Assembly (NCBI GenBank): GCA_030704615.1 | Contig: CM060731.1 | Location: 74,400,001 to 74,464,000, forward strand | Origin: Takakia lepidozioides | Taxonomy: Eukaryota > Plantae > Bryophyta | DNA length: 64,000 nucleotides | Reading direction: 5' to 3' | Shown: positions 1 to 10,520 of the stretch, piece after piece | How positions within the stretch are numbered: position 1 is the first letter of the stretch | Layout: each line of letters begins with the position of its first letter | The notes under the pieces: generated by a model | Told to the model about the DNA's origin: nothing | Database searches by the model: none | The model's input: the letters and a program-made list of their open reading frames with translations, nothing else | Made by a program: the position numbers and the translations under genes

Positions 1-1240
1 CAGCCAATCCCTTACAGTGGTCTTTGTTTCATCATGAGGATCAGTTATACCTGGCTGCATATCTCTCTCAACCTTTGGGAATCTCCTGATTCCGAACAGT
101 GGTTTTTCAGCTGCTTGTAGAGGGCCCCCGACTTTCTTGTTTCCTTCTTTTTTTTATCCAAAAAGCTTTCCAGCTGCCTGTGCACACTATGAAGCAGAGG
201 GATCAACTCTGAAGTAAACAAAACCATTTGCCGCATTGTTAGGCATACCTTGGAGCACGAATCTGCAGTGTGGGTTGATAAGCAGGCTGTCTCTAGAATC
301 CATTCACGTGGGGTTGCTCATCAGCAGCATTATGTTAGAGATTATTGACTGACAGTATATAGATATATTTATAAATAAATAAAACAGGGGGACAGGCGCC
401 CTGGAAAATATATTAAGAAAAGTAGAAAAAATAACCAACTCAGGGGCCATGAAGGCTTAGAGCGGGGATACCACCTCGTGACCCAGAACCGATGAACAAA
501 AGTGATTGTTTTTGCAAAGAAAGCAGAGCTGCAGAGTAAGCAGGCGGCCAATGTGCTGCCAAAGTGCCAGAGTAGTAGTGAAGTAAGTATCTTATGCTGC
601 ACTACCAGGGGGGAGGGAACAGGAGGAGGAGATGTGTTGAGAGGCAGAAAACTGGAAGGAGCAGTGTCAGAACAATGTCCAGCAGTGGCCATCTACGAAA
701 TGCAGGAACACTAAAACTTAAGCTGCGCGTTTAACTTATAATCTCTTGCACGTCTGTGGCGCCGAGGACGCCTGCAGCCGGGGATTTCCCATTGAGGGGG
801 AACGGAGTCTTTCCATATTGTCAATAATTGTCAATATAATACGCCAAGTAATAGAAAAGGCCCGGGGGAGTTGAATGCGCCCGGCCGGTAAGCGTACGTG
901 ACCCGCAGCCGTGCCCCCCTTAGTTTGGCGCCTCAGGCGCGGTCACCGCGACGACGCCCATGTCTTGGTAGCACGCAGTCTAGAGTCCCTTTTTCTGTAT
1001 AACTAACATTAAATTCGGAACGTTTTTTGAATGTAGCAGCATGCAGCTTAGTGGTGCGAACTCTCTCACCTGAAAACTAAGGATCCAGGTTCGAAATTCA
1101 ACAGTTCTGCACCTGAGGTTTTTGCGCTGCTACTTCAAAAAATTTCGAAGTCCTGAGTGGATGCCCATCTTCATGCATAGTCATACATGTATGGAAATAC
1201 ATGAGAAATATAGGGTTGTGGGCCTGGTCTCAGGTTGAGA
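1..1240. repeat. Left arm of long inverted repeat (partner ~20355-21569)
   Basis: 1-905 is the near-exact reverse complement of ~20664-21569 (mirror ORFs 45..236/21334..21525 and 369..692/20878..21201, coordinate sum 21570). ~955-1240 matches ~20355-20630 with clearly more divergence. The arm probably continues beyond the window start. Confidence 0.93.
355..715 (-). mobile_element. 5'-truncated LINE 3' end (UTR plus AT tail) inside the inverted-repeat arm
   Basis: Resembles the 3' UTR and AT tail of the LINE at ~2090-2400 (AT run, then aaaggggg..caggggccc..aataacc..gaggcc..aggct..gggg); mirrored at ~20855-21215. Confidence 0.45.
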
Positions 1241-2080
1241 TATTGTCAAATCTCGCAAATACATGAGAAATATATGGACATGCATGTTCCCGGATAAGCT
1301 CCCAATCCGCAAAAGTAGTTACATGGTGACTATACTTGGATGACCAACTTCAAAAATAGTCATACAGGAGAAAATATATGGTCAGGCATGAATACATGAA
1401 TTGTCTTCATGCACAAGTCTTGAATGGTATATATTATAATTATGTATGACAAATATATCATACTTCAAACCATGTATTTCCATGCAGTATTAATACTTTA
1501 TCTCTATGCATAAAAATTGTGAACTCACGGGTTCAATTTACAATGGATGAGATGGTGACTATGAATCTTCATATCTATACTAATATCATTCTTTTTATTT
1601 TCAATCGTTGCAAAGTCATACATGATTTGGATGCATTGTCATATCTATTAGCATAGTCGTACATACATGATGTCATGTCTCATTCATGCACATTTCTTGT
1701 GGCATATGTATGACAATGCATCAAACTTGTCATGTATTTTCATGCATTATTAAAACTCTATTTCTATGCATACAAGTCATGAGGTCTTGGGTTCATATAA
1801 CAATGAATGAGATGATGAGTATGAGTCTTAATATCTCTACTAATAGAATTCTTTTATTCTTATTACTTGAAAAATAAAATTACATGTGTCATACATGGCA
1901 TACATGACATCTGGTATTATTTTCATGCACAGTCACACATAAGAAATCAGTTGCATTGTCATACATACATACAGACATACGATGTGATGTGTGTCCATGC
2001 AAGACTTCTGTCTGAAGACAACTGATGTATTTCCATGCATGACCATTAATTCCTCATGTACGACTATGCAAGATGAGCAT
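1165..2080. repeat. AT-rich array of short CATG/AGTCAT motifs, like the subterminal region of a non-autonomous DNA transposon
   Basis: Dense catgcat/agtcatac/gactat motifs; internal duplication ~1470-1600 vs ~1730-1860; the same motif style occurs in the CACTA element at 58950-59803. Confidence 0.5.
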
Positions 2081-2579
2081 TTAAACTTGTATATATATAT
2101 ATAAAGGGGGAGCAGGGGCCCTTTTTAATCAAATTAAATGAAACAAAGGTTCACATTAAGGTGGAAGAAATAACCACCAGGGAGGCCGTAGAGGCTCATT
2201 GAGGGGGAACTTCCCCATGACCAAGCATACTAGCTAAGAGCAAATGAAGCGGAGGAGCTGGAAAAAGATGAGTGAAGCTAGTGCATGAGGAGAGATAAAG
2301 CAAGTGAGCCTAAAGAGCAAGGCTGATAAGCAGCGATAACACTGAGAACAGTTGCCTGGTGGCAAAAGTAGTACCCAAGTCTGGAGCAAGGAGAAGTTTG
2401 AGAAAAGATTCTTGAGCTACGTGCTAAAAACGCAGCTGAGTCCCAGACTTGGCAACTCGAGGCTTCTTGTGCCTCCAGTTGAAGTCCACATCGTCCCCAT
2501 CACTAGGGGATATCCCATGAATTGGGAGTGGAGACTTTCCAGTAGTACTGCATGTTGGGAAGACAGGTTCCGAGAATGT

Positions 2580-5329
2580 CGTTTTTACCCCAGGACTGTT
2601 GAAAGTTATTGATGAGCTGCCTGCCACGTTGTTCTGAAGATCTGGAAACAGCTGCACACAACATATCCCAAGCCTTCCTTCCCTCAGTAAGCAGGTCTTG
2701 ATAAATGCAAAAAAACACAGACCTGCCCCTGGGGGCTCTCCCTTAAAAAACAAGAGCACATCTAACCTTCCAGAGGTTCCATAAGGTTAAAGCTCTTAGA
2801 CTTGCCCATTCAGGGCAAACAGATGGCACGTGAGCAGGCAAGAAATTCAAGAGCAGAAGAGAGGAGGGGGCTGGGGATGGAAAAGACTCCCAACATGAGT
2901 AAAAGTGTAACACAGCTCTCCAAACTCTAGCAGGGAAGGGGCAGTCTACCAGGCAGTGCTCGATGGACTCAGGGTGTGACATACACAAACCGCAAGTAGC
3001 ATTGTTGAATAAGGTCTTGGCATTGACAGGCAAGATTCTATGAGCCAGCTTCCACAAAAAGCCTAAGATTTTGGCATCCCTTTGTTTTTCCATATTGTTA
3101 TGGGTCTCAACAACGAGTGACCTAACTTCACCGAATAAGCAAAGAAATGGGAGTGGTGCTCATCCTTCCAGCTCCATTCCTCGGGGTCGAACTGTAAAGC
3201 AGCCAATGGGTAGCGTAGAAACCAAGTGAAACTGGAGTGCAAGGCCCATTGCAATTCCCCCCCCTACGGTGGGGCTGGGTTGGCATTTCCTTTGTCATCA
3301 AGCACCCTTATGGGGTACAGAGATGCTTGTGCAAATCCGCATAGCCTGTCAGCTGCAGGTTGCCCTCACAGTCTGAAATGAACTGAATTCCAGAGGCTAT
3401 CTGATCATTCATAGAAAGGACCAGCATGACAGTACCACCTCCATTGGTTGTTGAAGTAAGGCTAGATCAATTTACTCCATGGTATGTGACGGTGTGTAAT
3501 GGCCCTAGGGATCCACTTGGCTAAAAGAGCCTTGATCTGTGCTGCTGGATCCAAAATTGCAAACCCCCCCTTCTTTTTGGGCTGGCAGAGTTGCTCCCAA
3601 GAAAGCAGAGCCCGTCTTACCGGAGTTTGCACTGTTGCGCCCCAGATAAAATTCCGAATAAGAGCTTTTATCTCTTTCACCATGGAGGTACCTGGGTCCC
3701 ACACTGCTGCAGAGAACCAACAAGAGGCCAGTAGAACCTGGTTTGCCACTAGTGCCCGTCCAGCAATTGAGAGCATGGAGGAGCTCCAGTGGGCAAGAGA
3801 TCTTTTCAATCTGGAAAGTACGTTATGCATTCTGCTCTGTTGGGACACATTAATTCCAACCTAATGGCCCAGCAGCGTGTGGGATTCCCCTTCCTGAACC
3901 CATCGGAGGCCAATGTCTTCCCCCCAAGCAGCACAGTGAGCAGAGGAAGCTTGACTCTGCAACACCGAGAGAAGTCCCACCGACTTTCCCCAATTGATTT
4001 TCAAGCCAGAGCCAAGACAGAAAATGTGCAGGGCTTCAAGTGCATGATCAATGTTGTCACGGGATGAATTGTCCAGCATTAAGGAGGTATCATCAGCATA
4101 CATTGACAGCTTCACCATTTCCGGTAGGAAGGTAGGTAAATGAAGGCCCACAATGTCCTACCTGGCTTCAAACAAGTGCCCAAGAGAATCTGCCGCAATG
4201 AGAAAGAGGAAAGGTGCCAATGGGCACCCTTGTCTCACTGACCTAGAGATAGGGAAGGATTGGGAGATGACACCATTCACCATTACCTTACTAGAGGCAG
4301 ACTGAAGAAGGATCCTTACCCAAGACAAGAACTGACCACTTAAACCTGTTTTTTCCAAAGCAGCGAGGAGGAAGGTCCAGTCAATAGAGTCAAAAGCTTT
4401 TTCAAAATCCAACATCAAGAAAGCAAGAGGCTGATTGTTCAGATTTGCCCGGTGAAGCGCTTCATGGGCCAGCATGATGTTATCCAAGATCATACGGTCT
4501 TTAAGAAAACCGGTCTGCTCTTTTCTGATGATCTGAGGCAGCAAGGGCTGGATTCTCAAAGCAAGCGCCTTGGCTATAATCTTGTATGTAGAGTTGAGTA
4601 GGGTGATAGGTCGGTAGTTGGTTACGTTGTCCCTCTCCCCCTTTTTGTAGATGAGAGTGATAAGGCCTTCGGAGATCTGAGAGGGCATCACCTGCTTCTG
4701 GAGGATGTCGTTGGTCATACCCAGAAAGTCATCTCCAAGAGTTCCCCACAAAGATTGAAAAGCTCAATGGGCAGACCATCTGAAGAAGCCGGCTGCAATG
4801 GTGGCCATCTTCTTCAGGACAACACTTGGAATGCCAACATCATCACGCAAAGAGGGGATCAAAGTAGAAGCACGACGCTGAGCAGCTTTAGCAAAGAAAT
4901 ATTTAGACATTTTTTCCCCCTTCATCGACCAATTTACCCCTGCCTTGACCCTAATGAACTGCTCCCTGGAATGTAACAACAAAGAGAGATTCTTCTTGGT
5001 TGTTTTGTAGGAGATCATGGTTTGAGGGTTATCTCTACCTTCTTGAAGCTGGTACTGACAGACATGAAGGCATTTTGTGAGTGCCCTCTCTTTTCTGGAG
5101 GTGTCTTCGGCCTTTTTCCTAGACAATTTCTGACAGATGCCTTTCAACTTTTGCAGCTTGGATAGAAAGAGGAGAGTGGGAGAGGTGAAAGGTAGGTCAG
5201 CAGAGGACCAAACTCTTTGCAGCTCTAGAACAACCTCTGGGTCTTTGAGGAGGGAGGGGTTGAGCTTAAAGAAACCTCTACCCTTTGCTCTTGTCCCCGG
5301 GGTGTGTAAAGAGAGATTGACAATGGAGT
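2580..5329 (-). pseudogene. LINE ORF2, C-terminal part: end of endonuclease, reverse transcriptase, zf-RVT (frameshifted)
   Basis: NYRPITLLNSTYKIIAK, LDFEKAFD, RQGCPLAPFLF, MYADD, CGLC..ESIEHCLVDC and LWNLWKVRC spread across ORFs 2743-5357. Confidence 0.92.
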
Positions 5330-5852
5330 TGTCGTGCGCATACATATCGCTACACAACTACATCGCTGTCCAAACCACACCATACATATATGCACAATAA
5401 AGTAGTCTGCCACAATGATAGAAATCCATCGAACACACTGTGACACAAAACATGAAAACCAAACCATCACTCTTAGAAAATAGTAGTCGAGCCAGGGGCA
5501 CCCCAAGCTATGGGGACTCCACCCCACAACAACCTGTACCCCTACATACGCACACTCAAATCTAAACACATGCAGGAGCTCGGTCGCGCAGGCTCAACTC
5601 GAGAAAGATGAGCCGCGCGACTGCCGCTCTCGTGAAGATAAGACGGACCAGGTGTCAAACTAAACTTGACACCTGATTTAACACTTGACCTAAATCCAAG
5701 TGTTAAATACAAATAACTAGTTTTATTCTAGCTGTTTTCACACTGTGCTTATTTAACTTGACAGCTGTCGTGCGCATACATATCGCTACACAACTACATC
5801 GCTGTCCAAACCACACCATACATATATGCACAATAAAGTAGTCTGCCACAAT
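5330..5852 (-). repeat. 3' split-repeat block of copy 1: B1 (5766-5852), gc, A2 (5417-5763), B2 (5330-5416)
   Basis: The two 87-bp B copies read identical; the 347-bp A2 reads identical to 16947-17293. Confidence 0.95.
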
Positions 5853-5864
5853 CGCCCCCCTAGC
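5853..5864 (-). promoter_or_regulatory. Polypurine tract-like GCTAGGGGGGCG abutting B1
   Basis: The same sequence sits at the same position in copy 2 (42284-42295). Confidence 0.75.
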
Positions 5865-6109
5865 TGGTGGATAGGTCCCTCTACCTCCAGATAGCTACAA
5901 GATGTAATAGCCACAGCCGTACTAAGTCCTCTATCACTGTCCCTATTGTACTCAAACTCTATAGACCAAGAGGCCGGGTACAAGAGTAGCCCCATCGTTA
6001 GTCGCCATCTTGCAATCTGTGAACTTGAGCCAGGACCTCGTGTGTTCAAGGTCTCCTAGTAGCTGGGCCTTGGTTGCTTGTTAGTCTCCCATGGTTGTAT
6101 CCACTCCCA

Positions 6110-9100
6110 CTATCCAATGCATTGTGGACATAACCAATCCCCATCTGGAACCATCTCAAGAGGTGGAGTCAAGCACCCCATATGCCAACCTCTAGAGCAT
6201 CGATCACACACCAGCATGGTGGCTGCCCCTTTAGCAGACCCACACAACATGCACCTCAAACCTGCAGATACCACTGCCAGGTTTGGGTCAATCCTGCCAT
6301 CGACATTCGGAAGGTGACATGGCGCACAATTACGCACATGGTCCTTCCAAGTGATGCCATCCCGACCCTCCAAGACCAAGACGCCTGAGGGCAAGACCTC
6401 TCGAACCCTCAAAATAACACGTCCTGCAGTCACATCCAGGGTCGTAGGAGCAGTCTGCTGCAGATAGACATAGTCACCAGGGTTGAATCTCCGAACCCCA
6501 GGACGATAGCCCCCACCACGTATGGTAGCATACCTCAACGTATCACGGTGTTGTGCAATGGCAAGGTTCTCGAAAGCCATAGGCATGACTCTCTTGAACA
6601 ACTCTGCACGCTGCTCACATGCACGTGCCCACACGTCCGGATCGTCAAGGTTAAGAACTGTAGCAGCTTCTCTGCGAATGGATGTAGGCAAATCCGGCTC
6701 TCGGCCAAAGAGAAGAAAGTATGGTGAGAAAGAGGCAAGTGATGCTTGCTTGCTGAACCTGTAGCCCATGGCTAACCAGGGTAACTGAAGGTCCCAATCT
6801 CCTAGGTGTCCCTTCTGCAAGCCATACTTGCGCAAACCCCTCTTCACTGTCTGAACAACTCTCTCTGCCAAGCCATCAGCTTCAGGATGATCCCGAGAAG
6901 TGGTGCGGTGGTCTATCAAGGCCTTGTCACACAAAGCCTGAAACTCCCCCAAGAACTCTCTCCCTTGGTCCGTGAGTACCTCAGCTGGAGCACCGAATCG
7001 GCTAAGCACACAATCCAGGAATGCATACGCAGCTCCCTCACTAGCCTTATCAGGCAATGGAACCAATTCAATCCACTTGGAGAAGTGCTCCACCATCACC
7101 AACACGTACTTGTTGTGGCGCATGGTCAGTGGCAACGGCCCTGCGAAGTCAAGACTCCACCTGTAGCCCAATCCCATGATCGGAAGAGGGTGCAATTGTG
7201 GAGTAGGGGCGTTGAATGAAGCACGCACCCTGTCACACACCATGCACCTAGCCACAAATTGTTGCACCTCTGTGTGCATACCACGCCACCAATACTGCCC
7301 CTGCAGTAGACTATGAGTGCGTCGCACCCCAAAATGCCCCAACTCCTCATGGGCATGCCGCACTAACCGTGCCCGCTGTGTTGGGTGAGGCACAATCCTC
7401 ACTCGACCATCCTCCCACACTCGGAGCAGGTGTGTCCCCTCCCACCTGAACCTCTTGGCTCGTTGTAGGATCCGATCCCTCTCCTTGGCAGTCATAGTGG
7501 CTGCCGTGTCTCCACTGCGGAGGTAGTCCAACACAACTGAATCCTCATGTATATCTTTGGCGCCACCCTGCTCATTGCTGGCCTCAGGGTCCTCAGACAC
7601 TTGATCTACAGTCATCCCTGTTGTAGGTCCAACCTGGCCTTCCGCTGCCAAGATACACAGAAATGCAGATGCATGCCATCCGGGCACCATCTCCTCGTCC
7701 GTCTCACCATGCCACCGAGCTCCAGTGTCATCCTGCTGGCTCGTGCATGGATTGCGACTCAACCCATCTGCATTTCGATTGACCAAACCCGGTCGATGCA
7801 CCACCTGAAAGTCATACTCTTGAAGGATGAGTGCCCACCGTGCAAGCTTCCCCGTAAGCTTGTCTGACTCCATCAACCACTTGAGTGGTTGGTGATCCGT
7901 GACAAGGGTGAAGAGATTGCCGTATAGATAGCACCTGAAGTGTGCCACGGCCCACACTGCAGCTAAGCATTCTCCCTCATATGAGCTATACTTAGACTCT
8001 GCAGCATTGTTCGAGCGACTAGCATAAGCCACTACGAACTCTCTTCCCTCATCATCCACCTGTGTGAGCACCGCTCCAAGCCCCAGCATGCTCCAATCTG
8101 TATGCAGCTGAAAAGGACGCCCCCTGATAGGTCGTCTCAAGATGGCGCCGAGGTCAACCTCGCCTTGAGCTCTTGAAAAGCTTGTTCTTGCTCATCTTCC
8201 CACTGCCACTCCTGGTCCACCTTGGTCAGCTTGGTTAGAGCCTTTGCAATGGCACTAAATCCCTTAACAAACCGTCTGTAATAGTTTGCTAACCCCATGA
8301 AAGCTCGAACTCGGCTCACATCCGTGGGCGTGGAACCTGTGCAATGGACTCTACCTTAGTCTGCTGTACCCCCAATCCTCCAGGATATATCATGTGACCC
8401 AGATACTCAATCTGGTTGTGGAAAAACTTGCACTTGCCCGGATGTAACTTCAATCCGTGCGTCCTCAAGCGCTCAAATACCCCCTGAAGGTGTCTCTCAT
8501 GCTCCTCCACCGCAGCACTAAAGATGATGATGTCATCTATGTAGCACCGAGCAAACTCCACCCCTGCTAGAATCCTGTCCATGACTCTTTGAAACTCAGC
8601 GGGAGCGTTTTTAAGCCCAAATGGTAAGAACGCCACTGGTATAGGCAATCCTTCCCGTGCTCATTGATCCCCCAGAATGCCGTCTTTTGCTTATCCGCCT
8701 CCTTGATCGGCAACTGGTGATATCCGGATCGTAAATCCAACGTGCTAAAGACCTTGGAATGCCCAATGGCATCAAAGATCTCCTCTGGTGTTGGCATGGC
8801 ATACCTATCGGACTTGGTCTGACGATTTACAGGCCGGTAATCACCGCACATACGTCTCTCCGTCCAATTGCCATAGACATCCTTCTTAGCTGGCATCACT
8901 GTGGCTGAAGCATACTCTCCACCAGAGAGCTCCACCAAACCTGCCTCCCAGAGATCTTGAGTCCTCATCTGAATCAAAGACCTCTCCATGTCACTGTATC
9001 TATAGGGTCTCCGAAAGATTGGCGTGTCAGTGGCCAACTCAATACGGATCTCTTGACCCTTCAGTGCTCCCAAGTCCTTCAAACTGAAGGCAAAGCAATT

Positions 9101-9241
9101 CCTGTAAGCCCTCAGGAACCGCCGTATACGTCGTCTCTCTCCTCCGGTGACAATGGGTCCAATGTCAGGCTCCCAATTGTCCTCCGTAACTGCAACCTTA
9201 AGTCCAGTGGGCTTAGAGGTAGAGGACGCGTCCCGTGGTTG
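6110..9241 (-). CDS. pol: Pol: RT-RNase H-integrase (HHCC, DDE)-PHD finger; three apparent single-base frameshifts
   Basis: RMCGDYRPVN, LDLRSGYHQ, YIDD, LHTDWS..YSSYEGECLA, TDHQPL, H..GH..CxxC, LDFAGP..TDQGREF..GLAER, and C-terminal CMLC..CDRC..WHMGC..WLCPQC. Confidence 0.95.
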
Positions 9242-10520
9242 CTATGCTGCAACCTCTTGAGCAGTACCCCCTTCCTGCTCAGTCAATGACAAGGCCTCAT
9301 CCTGCCCCATCATCTCATCATTGAGAACCTCCTCATCCCGAGAAGAATCCCCAACCTCATCCATCACAGCTGCCTTCGCTGCCAACTCCCTCTGAACCTC
9401 GAGCACCTCCCACATGTGCCATGGATGTCTACACCTCGTGGTCCTCACCGGCTCGCCCCCACTCGCTGCCTGTACCGTCTCGGTAGGCAGAGAGACCATC
9501 AAGGGAAGTGCACTCCGCACTCTACGTTGCTCAGCCATAGCCAAGCTGACAATCCAGGTCAAGCAATTGAGATCCATTGCTTGCCCCAACACCTGACGAC
9601 GTGATGCCTCAGAAAGAGAAGGCACCGCCGTGGTCCCAGTGGAAAACCCCATAGCCCGCTCTCGCTCGTCGGCATTAGGCTCCACTAACTGCTGCAACTG
9701 AGCATCCCACAGGAGGCCAGGTCCACCATCCCGAAAAGCATGGGATCCTGGGAAGCTGAGCAGTGTAGGTAATGCTGCTCGTGGTTGACCCACCCTGTTG
9801 ACCACTGCCAAAGGCGAACGGTCATCGTGTCTCACACGTTGAGACTGCCTTCCTGTGTCCAAAATGCCATCCACGGTGAGGTGTGCTGGCCGCTGCACCC
9901 CATCAAATGCACGCTTGAGCAGTGCGGGTGGCATCAAGTTAGTCCACCATAGTCGTGGACGATGAGCCCGTGACCCCACTGCAGCTGCATCCAGCAACAC
10001 TGCTGACCCAAGCCACGACCGGACTTGATGCACACTGGCCATCACCCTGGCCCGAGAATCACCCATCAGTGGTACATTCTCCAAGATGTATGCTGGAGAT
10101 ACAGCTTGATGAAGCTGCAAGCAACGCAAAATCCGCACCATCTCCCAAAACAGACCCGTCCTCGAGTCTCGCAATCCATTGCCATGCCCGGCTGATGAAT
10201 GCCCTTGGCAGGGCCAACCTGCCACTATCAGATCAATGGAGCCAACCTGCTCCAAATCTTGCGCCCCCAACAAGGAAATGTCTGCTGGCAAGGCTTGTTG
10301 GTATCCACGAACTGCAGACACAGGCAACAAGTCAGGGTACTGCTGTACCAACTGAGCCACATGGCGCAGTGAGACGCGTCGTGCAGTCTCATCCCTCTCC
10401 ACATACAGGTAACGCCTTACCCGCACACCTGCCTGTAGCACAGCAGCCAATCCGGTGCTGATCCCGCCAAACAAGTCCAGAAGGCAAATGCCTTCATCCG
10501 GCCGCTGCCACACAAGAGGT
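9242..10520 (-). CDS. DNMT3-like C5 cytosine DNA methyltransferase domain within the retroelement polyprotein
   Basis: Motif I LDLFGGISTG, II YLYVE, IV DLIVAGWPCQ, VI YILENV, VIII AHRPRLWWTN, IX ERERAMGF, X RRQVLGQAM; spacing and wording parallel DNMT3 catalytic domains. Confidence 0.93.

Noticed and set aside
45-714. Duplicated small protein genes (63, 107 and 70 aa ORFs, mirrored at 20856-21525)
   Set aside because: Their identity is explained by the inverted repeat; they have no recognisable domain, and part overlaps a LINE 3' UTR.
1030-1112. Functional tRNA gene
   Set aside because: Acceptor and anticodon stems do not pair properly; kept only as a tRNA-like relic.
5330-5852. Solo LTR or accidental tandem LTR duplication explaining the extra B repeat
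   Set aside because: The same arrangement with matching TSDs occurs in a second, diverged, independent insertion.
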